A stretch of DNA of 64,000 nt, from contig CBDCWI010000001.1 in the NCBI GenBank assembly GCA_965223325.1, positions 672,001 to 736,000 of the forward strand. Direction: 5' to 3'. Under the pieces are notes generated by a model, which was not told the DNA's origin, searched no databases, and saw only the letters and a list, made by a program, of their open reading frames with translations. The DNA comes from Candidatus Multivoradales bacterium. GTDB taxonomy: Bacteria > Acidobacteriota > Thermoanaerobaculia > Multivoradales > Multivoraceae. Shown here piece after piece: positions 18,010 to 30,725 of this stretch (positions within the stretch are counted from its first letter, which is position 1; the number at the start of each line of letters is the position of its first letter). A program made the position numbers and the translations under genes.

Positions 18010-20757
18010 CTACACGTGTGCCGGGTTGCTCTTCTCGGGGTCGATCCCGTAGCGCTCGATCGCTTCGGTGACCACTGAGCGCTCCACCACCCCGAGCTGC
18101 GCGAGCTCATAGAGAGCCGCGACAACGACATGGTGGCGATCGACCTCGAAGAACTCGCGCAGCGTCTCACGCGTATCGCTCCTGCCGAAGCCATCGGTTC
18201 CGAGCACATGGTAGGGCGCGTCGACCCACGACCGGATCTGATCCGCAAAGACCGTCATGTAGTCGGTCGCCGCAACGACCGGGCCGCTACCCTCAGCCAG
18301 CACCTCGGAAACGTACGGCACTCGCGGTTCCGCTTCCGGGTGCAGACGATTCCAACGATCACAGTCCAGCCCGTCGCGCCGCAAGAGGGTCAGGCCAGGG
18401 GCGGAAAACACGGTCGCTGGGCAGTCCCAATCCTGCTCGAGAATCTCGGCCGCCGCTTCGACCTCGCGCAGAATGGCGCCACAGCCGAGGAGGCGCACGG
18501 CGCGGGCCTTCTTCTTGCCGCGTGCCGCCCGAGCGCTACGCAGCGTGTAGATGCCGCGGCAGATGCCTGAGGCTTTGCCCTCGGGCATCGGCGGCATGAC
18601 GTAGTTCTCGTTGAGAACGGTCAGGTAGTAGAAGATGTCTTCCTGCTCCTGGTACATGCGACGCAGTCCATCTTGCAGAATCACCGCGACCTCGTAGCCA
18701 TAGGTCGGGTCATAGGCCTGGCAGGTTGGCACGGTGGAAGCGAGAAGGTGGCTGTGACCGTCTTCATGCTGCAATCCTTCGCCGTTCAGCGTCGTTCGCC
18801 CCGAAGTGCCACCGATGAGAAAGCCGCGCGAGCGCATGTCGGCACCCGCCCAGATGAAGTCGCCCACTCGTTGGAAGCCAAACATCGAATAGAAGATGAA
18901 GAACGGGATCATGGTGATGCCGTGGTTGGCGTACGAGGTCCCGGCTGCGATCCACGAGCACAGCGCGCCCGCTTCGTTGATGCCTTCCTGCAGGATCTGG
19001 CCGTCGCGCGCTTCCTTGTAGGGGGCGATCTGACCTGCGTCGACGGGTTCGTAGAGCTGACCGCGTGGCGAGTAGATCCCGAGCTGGCGGAACATGCCCT
19101 CCATCCCGAAGGTGCGCGCCTCATCCGCGACGATAGGCACCAGGTGCTCCTTGAGGCCTTTGTGTCGCGCGAGCAGAATGAGGGAGCGCACGAAGGTCAT
19201 GGTGGTCGAGATGTCGCGCTCGCCGGAGCCCTCGGTGAGGCTCTTGAAGTAGTCGAGGTCCGGGACCTCCAGCTTCGGCGCCTCAGCCGAGCGCGCGGGC
19301 AGGTACCCACCGAGGGCCGCTCGCCGTTCCTGCATGTACTGCAACTCGGGGCTCTCGGCAGGCGGGCGGTAGAACGGTGTCTCGTCGAGCTCTTCGTCTG
19401 AGATCGGGATGTTGAGGCGATCGCGCAAGTTGCGCAGCGACTCCTCACCCATCTTCTTCTGCGAGTGGGTGATGTTCATGCCCTCACCCGATTCGCCCAT
19501 GCCGTAGCCCTTGACCGTCTTGACCAGGAGCACCGTCGGCTGTCCACGATGCGCTACGGCGGCGGCGTAGGCCGAGTAGAGCTTGTGGGGGTCATGGCCA
19601 CCACGGTTCAAACGCCAGATGTCCTCGTCGGTCAGGTGCGCCACCATCTCCTTGAGCTCTGGGTACTTGCCGAAGAAGTGCTCGCGCACGAAACCACCAT
19701 CGCGCGACGCCTTGTAGGCCTGGTACTCGCCGTCGACCGCCTCCTCCATGCGCTGGCGCAGAAGGCCCTTGGTGTCCCGCGCGAACAGTGGGTCCCAGTA
19801 CGAGCCCCAGATCACCTTGATGACGTTCCACCCGGAGCCGCGGAAGTTCGCCTCGAGCTCCTGAATGATCTTGCCGTTGCCGCGCACCGGTCCATCGAGG
19901 CGCTGCAGGTTGCAGTTGACGACGAACACCAGGTTGTCGAGCTGTTCGCGCGCGGCGAGCGAAATCGCCCCCAGCGACTCCGGTTCGTCCATCTCACCGT
20001 CGCCCATGAACGCGAACACCTTGCGGTCGCTGGCGTCTTTGAGACCCCGGTTGTCGAGGTACTTCATGAAACGCGCCTGGTAGATCGCCATCATCGGCCC
20101 CAGTCCCATCGAAACGGTCGGGAACTGCCAGAACCCCGGCATCAACCAGGGATGGGGGTACGACGACAGGCCACCCGGGCCGACCTCGCGACGGAAACGA
20201 TCGAGATCTTCCTCGTCGAGGCGCCCCTCGAGAAAGGCACGGGCGTAGATTCCCGGCGACGAGTGCCCCTGAATGAGCAACAGATCGCCGCCGTGCTCCT
20301 CGGTCGGAGCACGAAAGAAATGGTTGAAGCCAACGTCGTAGATCGTTGCCGCCGAAGCGAAGCTCGCGATGTGGCCGCCGAGACCCTCGAAACGCTTGTT
20401 GGCGCGCACGACCATCGCCATCGCGTTCCAGCGGATCATCGACTGGATGCGCCACTCCAGCTCAGCATTGCCCGGTGACTTCGCACCGATGCCGGCCGGA
20501 ATGGTGTTCTGGTACGCGGTGGTGGCATCGAACGGCAGGTTCGCACCTTGCTCGCGCGCTCTTCCGACCAGCGCTTCGAGCAGGAAATGCGCCCGCTCGA
20601 TGCCCTCGCGCTCTAAGACCCCATCGAGCGCTCCGATCCATTCACCGGTTTCCTGGGGATCGAGGTCCGGTTCACGCGTTCCAACCAGCCAGGCCGGCCC
20701 AGGCGGCCGCTCGCCGGTACCGAGTGCGCTCTGCTTCGCTTTGTCGTCGACTGCCAT
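18010..20757 (-). CDS. aceE: Pyruvate dehydrogenase E1, homodimeric AceE type
   Basis: GGHIASFAS, LSSYPHPWLMP, GDGEMDEPES, NCNLQRLDGPV, GEGLQH, GTDGFGRSD. Confidence 0.96.
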   Translation of the reverse strand: MAVDDKAKQSALGTGERPPGPAWLVGTREPDLDPQETGEWIGALDGVLEREGIERAHFLLEALVGRAREQGANLPFDATTAYQNTIPAGIGAKSPGNAELEWRIQSMIRWNAMAMVVRANKRFEGLGGHIASFASAATIYDVGFNHFFRAPTEEHGGDLLLIQGHSSPGIYARAFLEGRLDEEDLDRFRREVGPGGLSSYPHPWLMPGFWQFPTVSMGLGPMMAIYQARFMKYLDNRGLKDASDRKVFAFMGDGEMDEPESLGAISLAAREQLDNLVFVVNCNLQRLDGPVRGNGKIIQELEANFRGSGWNVIKVIWGSYWDPLFARDTKGLLRQRMEEAVDGEYQAYKASRDGGFVREHFFGKYPELKEMVAHLTDEDIWRLNRGGHDPHKLYSAYAAAVAHRGQPTVLLVKTVKGYGMGESGEGMNITHSQKKMGEESLRNLRDRLNIPISDEELDETPFYRPPAESPELQYMQERRAALGGYLPARSAEAPKLEVPDLDYFKSLTEGSGERDISTTMTFVRSLILLARHKGLKEHLVPIVADEARTFGMEGMFRQLGIYSPRGQLYEPVDAGQIAPYKEARDGQILQEGINEAGALCSWIAAGTSYANHGITMIPFFIFYSMFGFQRVGDFIWAGADMRSRGFLIGGTSGRTTLNGEGLQHEDGHSHLLASTVPTCQAYDPTYGYEVAVILQDGLRRMYQEQEDIFYYLTVLNENYVMPPMPEGKASGICRGIYTLRSARAARGKKKARAVRLLGCGAILREVEAAAEILEQDWDCPATVFSAPGLTLLRRDGLDCDRWNRLHPEAEPRVPYVSEVLAEGSGPVVAATDYMTVFADQIRSWVDAPYHVLGTDGFGRSDTRETLREFFEVDRHHVVVAALYELAQLGVVERSVVTEAIERYGIDPEKSNPAHV

Positions 20758-20819
20758 CGTCTCGCTTCTCTTCTGCCAGTTGCCGCGTAACCCTCCCAAA
20801 GTAAGTCATTTCCGCGCCG

Positions 20820-20837
20820 TGTTCAACATGTTGAACA
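20820..20837. promoter_or_regulatory. Perfect 18-bp palindrome, candidate operator upstream of aceE
   Basis: TGTTCAACATGTTGAACA is its own reverse complement. It is AT-rich in a GC-rich context and lies ~63 bp upstream of the aceE start. Confidence 0.55.
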
Positions 20838-20866
20838 AGAAAGCGTTCGCCATATCGGAACGCTGT

Positions 20867-21466
20867 TCAGGCATCGGGACTCGCAGAACCGCCACCCTCG
20901 CGCACCAGACGTCTGAAGGTCACGAGGCCTTGAATCGAAAGTAGGAGATAGAAAACGTACAACCCCGCGGTGAGCTCGAGGCCGCGCGACAGGTAGAGCG
21001 GTATGTAGATGACGTCGACTGCGATCCAGATCCACCAACTCTCGACCCAACGCCCCATCAGATAAACGTGCGCGACGAGGCTCATGACGGTGGTCAACGC
21101 GTCCCAGAAAGGCAGCGCGCCGCCGAGCTCGACCATGAGCCAGCGCAGGAAGAAGAATGCCAGCAAGGCAACGACCAGGGTTGGCAGCACCAGGCGACCC
21201 GGCACGCGGCGCACCGGTCGCTCCTGGCGATCGGCGCCCCCGCGCATCCACAACCAGATGGCCTGCAGGCTGGTGAAGAAGTAGAACGTTTGGATGCCGA
21301 CCTCGCCGTAGAGCTTCACCTGGTAGAAGACCCATCCAAAGGCAGCCACGCTGGCCAGCGCCACGAACCATCCGGCGACTTTGTTGTGCGCCAACAGCCA
21401 TACCGAAACGGCGCCAGTGACCACGGCGAAAGTCTCGAGAGGGTTGGTCCACAGAAAGGAAAGCAT
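20867..21466 (-). CDS. pnuC: PnuC-family vitamin transporter (possibly thiamine-specific PnuT)
   Basis: About 7 TMs; LYGE, WDALTTVMS, ESWWIWIAVD motifs. Divergent from the TPP riboswitch and thiC. Confidence 0.85.
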   Translation of the reverse strand: MLSFLWTNPLETFAVVTGAVSVWLLAHNKVAGWFVALASVAAFGWVFYQVKLYGEVGIQTFYFFTSLQAIWLWMRGGADRQERPVRRVPGRLVLPTLVVALLAFFFLRWLMVELGGALPFWDALTTVMSLVAHVYLMGRWVESWWIWIAVDVIYIPLYLSRGLELTAGLYVFYLLLSIQGLVTFRRLVREGGGSASPDA

Positions 21467-21523
21467 GAGGCCCCCGACCTTACTGAACAGGCGAGTTGCC
21501 GGGTCTGTTACCGTTTGAGGTCA

Positions 21524-23632
<2,109 letters not shown>

Positions 23633-23690
23633 ACGCACCGCGAGGATTCGGTCGCAACCCAAACCCAACGACCACCAACACCATGCCCCA

Positions 23691-26156
23691 CTACCCGTCG
23701 TTTCGGATCGCCAGCCAGGGGTCAACCGATGCGGCGCGTTTGGCGGGCAGATACGCCGCCAGCACGCCGGCAACCAGCAGCACGATGGTGGCGGTCCCAA
23801 AGGCCGCCGGGTCACGCGGGTTGAGACCGTAGAGCTGGCTCGCCAACAGGCGAGAAAGAAGAAGTGCTCCCACCAGGCCGAGCACGAGACCCACTGCCGT
23901 CAGCACCATGCCGTCACGCATTGCCCACCTCAGAATCGCCGGCCGATCCGAGCCCAGCGCCATCCGAATGCCGATCTCGCGTCGTCTCTGGCTGACACTG
24001 AAGCTCAAGACCCCGTACAGCCCGACTGCTGCCAGCAACAGAGCGAACAGCCCGAAGCCGCCCAGGAACTGAGCGCCAGTGCGTACCGGGAACAAGGCCA
24101 TCGACAGTTGTTGATCAATCGAACGCAGGTTGTTGACCGCCATGCCGGGTGCCAGGCGCCCGACTTCGGTGCGTAGGGCCGCTGCGAGAGCCATAGGGTC
24201 GCCGTCGGTCGCCAAGACGACCTCCATCGCTGGTTCGTAGTACTGCCCTGCAGGAACCCACAGGTAGGGCTCGGGATCCTGGCCGAGGCCCTTCCACTTG
24301 ACGTCTTGCGCAACCCCGATGACCTCCCAGGTCTGCCGATTCATGCGCACCCGACCTCCGAGAGGTTCACGACCATCCCAGTAGCGCTTGGCCATCGCCT
24401 CGGAGACCACGAGAACCGGATGGGAATCGGCGGTATCGGTCTCGCGAAAACCCCGGCCAGCAATCAACGGGATGTCGAGCACCTCGAAGTAGCCAGGGTG
24501 GACGACGTTGTAGTCCGGGTTCATGCGCTCGTCCGGAGCCTCCTCATAACCCTCGACAGAGAGGCCGTTCTGCTGCGAGCTACCGAGGGTGAAGGGTGTG
24601 ACCTCTCCAAAGCTCACCTCACGAACACCTGGGGCATTCGAGAGCGCCAGATCGAGCTGCTCGTAGAAGGACCTCGTCTCGGTCTCCGACATACCTGCCA
24701 ACGAAGGATCGAGGCTCGCCACGAGGACCCCAGAGGTGGCAAAGCCCGGATCGATGGTGCGGGCCTGGCCGAGGGCGCGCAGGAAGAGCGCCGAGCCCAC
24801 CAGCAGGAGGAGTGAGAGCGCCACTTGTGCCACCACCAACATGCGGCTGGCGCTCCAGGACATGCCGAGGAAACGACGCCCCGGCTCCGAGATCGCGCCG
24901 TCCGAGCGCAGGCCGAGCGACAGTTTCGTTCGGCTGGCGCGCAGCGCGGGAAAGAGGCCGAAGACGACCGCCGTTGCCACCGTGAGCGCGAAGGTAAACA
25001 GCACAACGCTTACATCGGGCTCGAAGTCGAAGCGCAGCGGTATACCGACGTCTGGAATCAACCGCGGCAACAGGCGCGATCCGGCAAAGGTCAGAACCAG
25101 CCCGAAGGCGCCGCCGAGAAGACCCAGAACCAGCGACTCGGTCAACAGCTGGCGGATCAGCTGCCAGCGGCTGGCGCCAGTCGCCAAACGCACATTCATC
25201 TCGGCGCGCCGTGACAGAGAGCGCGCCAGCAGGAGGTTGGCAACGTTGCCGCAAGCAACCAGCAGGACAATGGCCACCATCACCAACATCGTCGCACTCG
25301 AACCGACGACCATGCCCCTGGCCTCGGGCGAGCCGGTGACGGCGGAATCGGCGATCGGCAGTGTGGTGAACCCAAACGACCCTTCTTCCCAACCGTGCTC
25401 TTCCCTGAGGCTGGCTGCCATGGCATCCATCGCCGCCGAGGCCTGCTCGACGGAGACGCCGTCGCGCAGGCGACCGGTCGTCAGAAACAACCACCCCGAC
25501 CCGCGGCTGTCGAGGGCGCCCTGGGCCGGCGCCACCACCGGCTCCATTGCCAGCGGAACCCAGAGATCAACATCGGCCACCACCAGAGTGCCCACGAAGC
25601 CAGGAGGAGCCACTCCGATGATCGTGAAGGCGCTCCCGTTGAGCAGGAACTCTCGGCCGACGACATCGGTCGCGCCACCCCAACGCTCCTGCCAGGCAGA
25701 ATGGCTGAGAACCGCGACCGGATGACCTCCTCGCACGACGTCGTCGCTTGCCGCCAGCGGCCGACCGAGCACCGCACCGACCCCGAGGACGTCGAAGTAG
25801 TTGCCACCCACGATGGCCGCCGTGGCGCGCTCAGACGACCCGCCAGAGGAAATGTCGACCGGGCGAAGGTTGCCGGTCGTAAAGCCCGAAAACACAGTGT
25901 TGTTGTCTCGAACGTCGACGTAGTTCGGGTAGGAGAAGCTGGCATACGGGAAGCTGGCCCCCGACTGGTAGACCCGCACCAGTTCTTCAGGCTTCTCGAC
26001 CGGAATCGTTGGCGTGAGCAGCTTGCTGGTTACCGAAAAAACCATTCCGTTCAGACCAATGGCGAGGCCGATGCAGAGAATGACGGTTGCGGTGAGGGTC
26101 GGGTTGCGGCGCAGCATACGCATTGCATAGCTCCAGTCCTGGCCGAATCGATCCAT
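23691..26156 (-). CDS. ADOP-type duplicated FtsX/MacB ABC permease
   Basis: Two MacB-PCD plus FtsX repeats (ACGNVANLLLAR; VSQRRREIGIRMALG; PAKRAASVDP). No linked ATPase. Confidence 0.9.
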   Translation of the reverse strand: MDRFGQDWSYAMRMLRRNPTLTATVILCIGLAIGLNGMVFSVTSKLLTPTIPVEKPEELVRVYQSGASFPYASFSYPNYVDVRDNNTVFSGFTTGNLRPVDISSGGSSERATAAIVGGNYFDVLGVGAVLGRPLAASDDVVRGGHPVAVLSHSAWQERWGGATDVVGREFLLNGSAFTIIGVAPPGFVGTLVVADVDLWVPLAMEPVVAPAQGALDSRGSGWLFLTTGRLRDGVSVEQASAAMDAMAASLREEHGWEEGSFGFTTLPIADSAVTGSPEARGMVVGSSATMLVMVAIVLLVACGNVANLLLARSLSRRAEMNVRLATGASRWQLIRQLLTESLVLGLLGGAFGLVLTFAGSRLLPRLIPDVGIPLRFDFEPDVSVVLFTFALTVATAVVFGLFPALRASRTKLSLGLRSDGAISEPGRRFLGMSWSASRMLVVAQVALSLLLLVGSALFLRALGQARTIDPGFATSGVLVASLDPSLAGMSETETRSFYEQLDLALSNAPGVREVSFGEVTPFTLGSSQQNGLSVEGYEEAPDERMNPDYNVVHPGYFEVLDIPLIAGRGFRETDTADSHPVLVVSEAMAKRYWDGREPLGGRVRMNRQTWEVIGVAQDVKWKGLGQDPEPYLWVPAGQYYEPAMEVVLATDGDPMALAAALRTEVGRLAPGMAVNNLRSIDQQLSMALFPVRTGAQFLGGFGLFALLLAAVGLYGVLSFSVSQRRREIGIRMALGSDRPAILRWAMRDGMVLTAVGLVLGLVGALLLSRLLASQLYGLNPRDPAAFGTATIVLLVAGVLAAYLPAKRAASVDPWLAIRNDG

Positions 26157-26462
26157 GGCGGAGGCTCCTTGTCACCCATGTCTGAGGGTCAGCGATTCCT
26201 GTTTGGGGAGAGTCAGTCTTTCCTTACGAGATGGCCGGCCCTCTTGTTTCCGGTGTTGTGTGAGACCCCATCGGGCTATGCTCTCGCCTAGCGGAGCCGA
26301 GCGGCGCGAGAGGCTCTCGATTCGAGGTGTACCGCGGCTCCTGGGCCGTGAATACCGGCACCCGTTCGCCCGTACCAGCGGCGGCTTTCCCAGTTGACAG
26401 CAGAGCGCCCGCGCCTCTTCTAACCCTGGACTACTCTCTTTGCACCTACCGGCACGACCGCC

Positions 26463-27737
26463 ATGAACCTCCGCGACATTTTTGATCTCCTGCGCCTCGA
26501 ACTCCTCGGCGGCCTGCGTGAGCGTTCGATCGTCATCAACAGCATCCTGGTGCCGGTCCTCTTGTATCCGGCGATCATCTTCGCGATGTTGACTCTCATG
26601 ACCTTCGTCGACGCGCAGACCGAGCGCTTCGAGTCGCGGGTCGAGGTTGTCGGTGAAGGCCCGGCAACCCAAGAGGTCATCGAGCGTCTCGCGGCCCGCG
26701 ACAACGTCACCGTCACCCAGATCGAAGCGGGGAGCGAGACGGCGAGCTCGGCTACTGCGCGCCTCGAGTTGGGCAGCATCGACGCTCTACTCGAAGTTCG
26801 CCCGGCCGGAGAGCGCGCGTCGCCGGATCGCATCGCCAACGATGCCGACTTCGCACTCACGGTCGTGACCTCGCGCGACCGCAGCTCGACCGCAGCCGCC
26901 CGGGTGCGGAGCGCTATCGAGGAACACCGCCGCGAACGCATCGACCACGAGGCGCGCACTCGCGGTGTCCCGGCCGACCAGTGGCAAGTCTTCTCGATCG
27001 AAGAGAACAACCTGGCAACCGGTCGGCAAATGGGGGCCTTCGTCCTCAGTTTGCTGATCCCGCTCACTCTCACCGTGATGATTGCCGCCGGTTGCTTCTA
27101 TCCGGCCGTCGGCGCGACCGCCGGTGAGCGCGAGCGGGGGACCTGGGAGACCACTCTCAGCCTGGCGACCGCACGATCAAACGTCGTCGTCGCCAAGTAC
27201 CTCTACGTCGTAGTTTTCGGGTGTCTGGCCGGGTTCCTCAACGTCGTTGCCCTCCTGGTCAGCGCCCGGGGCATCCTGGCAGGAATGACCCGAGACGCTC
27301 CGGTCGAGGTCTCGCTGCCGCTCTCGACCCTGCCGGTTCTTCTGGTGTGCTCGGTTCTCCTGGCTACCATGCTGGCCGCCGGAATGATGATCTTCGCCAG
27401 CTTCGCACGCACCTTCAAGGAAGGTCAGGCAATGGTCACGCCGTTCTACATACTTTCGATCGTGCCCGTCATGGCGATGGTTGACGAGGGGCTACGCCTC
27501 ACCGAGAAAACCGCCCTGGTGCCTTTTCTCAATACCGCGCTTCTCATGCGCGACGCCTTCCAGGGCCAGGTTGCCGCCGTGCCTGTGCTGATCACCCTGG
27601 TCGTCTCGGCTGTAGTGGTTGCGCTCCTCTTGTTCATCGCTTCGCGCATTCTCGCCTACGAAGACATCCTGACCGGCACCTACGATGGCAAGTTCACCCA
27701 GTTCATACGCCAGCGCCTGTTCGCTAAAGGCGCCTGA
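26463..27737 (+). CDS. ABC-2 permease, NatB-like
   Basis: AGERERGTWETTL, FARTFKEGQ; N-terminal TM, periplasmic loop and C-terminal TMs. Confidence 0.85.
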   Translation: MNLRDIFDLLRLELLGGLRERSIVINSILVPVLLYPAIIFAMLTLMTFVDAQTERFESRVEVVGEGPATQEVIERLAARDNVTVTQIEAGSETASSATARLELGSIDALLEVRPAGERASPDRIANDADFALTVVTSRDRSSTAAARVRSAIEEHRRERIDHEARTRGVPADQWQVFSIEENNLATGRQMGAFVLSLLIPLTLTVMIAAGCFYPAVGATAGERERGTWETTLSLATARSNVVVAKYLYVVVFGCLAGFLNVVALLVSARGILAGMTRDAPVEVSLPLSTLPVLLVCSVLLATMLAAGMMIFASFARTFKEGQAMVTPFYILSIVPVMAMVDEGLRLTEKTALVPFLNTALLMRDAFQGQVAAVPVLITLVVSAVVVALLLFIASRILAYEDILTGTYDGKFTQFIRQRLFAKGA

Positions 27738-27753
27738 GGAGATCGGAGACCGG

Positions 27754-28536
27754 ATGACGATCCCAGTCGAAGTTTCGAACCTCACCAAGACCTACTACGA
27801 CGAAGGACGCGGCGAGGTCCATGCCGTCGCCGGTATCGACTTCGGATGCCGCACTGGAGAGATCTTCGGCCTGTTGGGTGCCAACGGCGCCGGTAAGACC
27901 ACGACGCTGCGCATGCTCGCCACCATTCTCGAGCCCAGCGCCGGCAGCGCCGCAATCATGGGTCACGACGTGCAGGCCGAGCCTGAGGCTGTGCGCCGCA
28001 ATCTCGGCTTCTACTCCGCCAGTACCGCCCTCTACCCGCGCCTGACCGGGCGCGAGACTCTCGACCTCTTCGTGCGGGTGAACAAGTACCCCCGCGAGCG
28101 CGTCAAAGAGCGAGTCGACGAGCTGGTCGAACGATTCGGTATCGAGGAGTACGCCGACGCGCGGGTCGAGAAGCTCTCCTCAGGTATGAAGCAGAAGGTC
28201 TCGATGGCGCGCACCGTCGCCCATGACCCACCGGTCTTGATCTTCGATGAACCCACTGTCGGGCTCGACGTCATCAACGCCCTCGACCTGCAGGAGACCA
28301 TTAGCGGCCTTCGCGACGAAGGCAAGACGATCATCTTCTCGACCCACATCATGAGCGAGGCCGAGCGCCTCTGTGACCGCATCGCGATCATCCATCGTGG
28401 CCACATTCACGCCTGCGACACGCTCGAGGGTCTACGGGCCCAGACTGGTCAGCACTACCTCGAGGACATTTTCGTGCACTTCGTCGAGACCGCACAGCGT
28501 GAAGAGTCCGGCCCGAAGGGGACAGCAACCTCGTGA
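27754..28536 (+). CDS. ABC transporter ATP-binding protein, NatA-like
   Basis: Walker A GANGAGKTT, signature LSSGMKQK, Walker B LIFDEPT, STH. Confidence 0.92.
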   Translation: MTIPVEVSNLTKTYYDEGRGEVHAVAGIDFGCRTGEIFGLLGANGAGKTTTLRMLATILEPSAGSAAIMGHDVQAEPEAVRRNLGFYSASTALYPRLTGRETLDLFVRVNKYPRERVKERVDELVERFGIEEYADARVEKLSSGMKQKVSMARTVAHDPPVLIFDEPTVGLDVINALDLQETISGLRDEGKTIIFSTHIMSEAERLCDRIAIIHRGHIHACDTLEGLRAQTGQHYLEDIFVHFVETAQREESGPKGTATS

Positions 28537-30725
28537 GCCGACCGGGAGGAGGAGGCTTCGGCGGCACGACCGTCGACCGCAGAACGGTGGCGACCCTCTT
28601 GCGCCATGAGCTTCGCATGCTCATACGTTCAGGTCGCACGGTCCTGATCTCGATCGTTGTGCCGATTCTGATCCTGCCGGCGATGTTCTGGCTGCAGACC
28701 CGGTCGATGGAACGGCAGGTGGAGCGAAGTGCAAGGGGCGCCTACCAGTTCGCTGTCACCGGAAGCCAGACCGCCGACGCCGTTCTCTGGATCGAACGCG
28801 CAACCATCCTCGGCGAGGAGCAGACGGCGAGCGCTGCTCGGTCAATGCCTGGCCAACCGACGGCCGATCGCGCCACCTTCGAGCGAGTCGCCGTCGAAGG
28901 CGATCACCGGCGGGCCTACGACGACGGAGAAATCGACTTCTGGATCGAGACGACGACTCTCGGCGCCCTGCGCGCCGAAGCGACTGAGCAAGCTGACGAC
29001 GGCAGCAGCCACGAAAAGGACGCAGAAGAGAGCAGCCAGGAGAGCGACGAGAGTGAGCTCCCCGATGAAACCCCCGTCTTGCGTTTCAACCTGCGCGGCG
29101 ACGTCAGTTCATCGCAAAGCGGCGTGCAGATCCTCCGCAGGCGGCTCTCCGAGGTGCGCTCTTCGCTGCGCGCGGACCGTCTCGCTGCGGCGGGACTCGA
29201 CCTGCGCGGGTCGCTACCGTTCGAGTTCTCCCAGGTCGACCTGGCCAGGGCCGAAGAGGCGAGCGGTCTCCTGCTCGGCCGGTTCCTCACCAGCATTCTC
29301 CTGATGATGTTGATCTCGGGCGGTTCGATCGTCGCGATGGACAGCCTGGCCGGCGAGAAGGAACGCGGCACCCTGGAGACGCTTCTCACGTCGGCTGCCA
29401 GCCGTACCGAGATCGTCTCGGCAAAGAGCCTGGCGATTCTGTTGGTCGCCCTCTTCATCGCCACCGTCCAGGCCGCCAACCTCTTGATCTGGGTAGGACT
29501 CGGCATGCTGCCCCTTCCCCCAGGCATGGAGTTCTCGGTCTCGCCCATGCAAGCCGTCTTGCTCGGGGTGCTCTTTCTGCCCTTGGCAGCCCTGGTCGCC
29601 AGCACCCTGCTCCTGGTTTCGGGCCGAGCCCGGACCTATCGCGAAGCCCAGCTGTTCTTCTTCCCGGTGTTTCTAGTGCTCTTGTTGCCCAGTCTGGTGA
29701 CCGTCTTGCCGGCGCTCGAGCTGCGCTCGGCAATGGTTCTGGTGCCGATCTCGAACCTCGCCCTGGCGGTCAAGTCACTCCTCGCTGGCACGCCAGACTG
29801 GCCGATGACGGCGATCGCGTGGCTGGTCAACGCCGCCGTGGCAGCGGTGGTCGGCACTGTGACGCTCAAGTCGCTGACCAGCGAGCGCCTGATCACCACC
29901 AACGATCGCGACGAGGCAGATCTGGTGCGCGGTTCGGAGCTGCTCGGCCGGCACGTCGTCCGGCTGTTCCTGGTTGCCGGGGCGATCTACTTTGTCACCC
30001 AGCTCTTCTTCAGCGAAGAAACCGACCTGCGCTTCATGTTGCTGGTCAACATGACGATCATTTCGGTCCTGCCACTAGTGGTCGCGAGCCGCTACCGCAT
30101 CGCATGGCCGGAACTCCTGTCACTGCGCTCGCCTCGCCACCTGGTGTGGCTCGGCGTTGTGCTCGCTGCGCCCTTCGGGGTCTTCGCACTCTCGGTGGTC
30201 GCTAACGCCTGGTCGTCGTTTCTCGGAGTTTCCGACTCCTGGCTCGAGCAGTTCACCCGCGCGCTGTTGCCCGAACGCTACGGCTTGTTGACCCTGATCT
30301 TCTTCATCGCCGTGGTGCCGGCCATCTTGGAGGAACTGGCCTTCCGGGGTGTTCTTCTGCACGGCATCAGGCAACGCTTCGGTCCCCTCGCAACGATTCT
30401 GTTGACCGGCATCATGTTCGGTTTCTTTCATGTGACGTTGATGCGCATCGTGCCCACCGCCGTGCTCGGATTTCTGCTCGCCTGGCTGGTCCTTCGAACC
30501 GGCTCGATCTATCCCGCGATCATCTGGCACTTCCTCAACAACGCCACCGCGGTGCTCGCCGATCGGCTCGGTGGTGACAGAGAATTCACCTCGATGCATG
30601 TCGCCGGTGCCTGGGTGCCGTTCCTGGTCGGCCTGTCGATCATCTGGTTCGCCACCCGCAAAGACCCTCGTTCGCTGGGCTCCGACGGAAACGGCGACCT
30701 CATGCCTCAGTCGTTGAGTTCGTAG
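28533..30725 (+). CDS. NatB-like ABC permease fused to CPBP (CAAX/Abi) intramembrane protease
   Basis: AGEKERGTLETLL; C-terminal EELAFRG, FGFFH and HFLNN CPBP motifs. Confidence 0.88.
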   Translation: MSRPGGGGFGGTTVDRRTVATLLRHELRMLIRSGRTVLISIVVPILILPAMFWLQTRSMERQVERSARGAYQFAVTGSQTADAVLWIERATILGEEQTASAARSMPGQPTADRATFERVAVEGDHRRAYDDGEIDFWIETTTLGALRAEATEQADDGSSHEKDAEESSQESDESELPDETPVLRFNLRGDVSSSQSGVQILRRRLSEVRSSLRADRLAAAGLDLRGSLPFEFSQVDLARAEEASGLLLGRFLTSILLMMLISGGSIVAMDSLAGEKERGTLETLLTSAASRTEIVSAKSLAILLVALFIATVQAANLLIWVGLGMLPLPPGMEFSVSPMQAVLLGVLFLPLAALVASTLLLVSGRARTYREAQLFFFPVFLVLLLPSLVTVLPALELRSAMVLVPISNLALAVKSLLAGTPDWPMTAIAWLVNAAVAAVVGTVTLKSLTSERLITTNDRDEADLVRGSELLGRHVVRLFLVAGAIYFVTQLFFSEETDLRFMLLVNMTIISVLPLVVASRYRIAWPELLSLRSPRHLVWLGVVLAAPFGVFALSVVANAWSSFLGVSDSWLEQFTRALLPERYGLLTLIFFIAVVPAILEELAFRGVLLHGIRQRFGPLATILLTGIMFGFFHVTLMRIVPTAVLGFLLAWLVLRTGSIYPAIIWHFLNNATAVLADRLGGDREFTSMHVAGAWVPFLVGLSIIWFATRKDPRSLGSDGNGDLMPQSLSS

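Noticed and set aside
16692-18071. Long antisense ORFs (also 1651-2808, 39252-40400, 43349-44845, 46917-48428, 60568-61794)
   Set aside because: Shadow frames opposite well-supported genes, expected in high-GC DNA.
26290-26345. tRNA-like stem ggagccg...cggctcc
   Set aside because: No T-loop or D-loop consensus and no cloverleaf.
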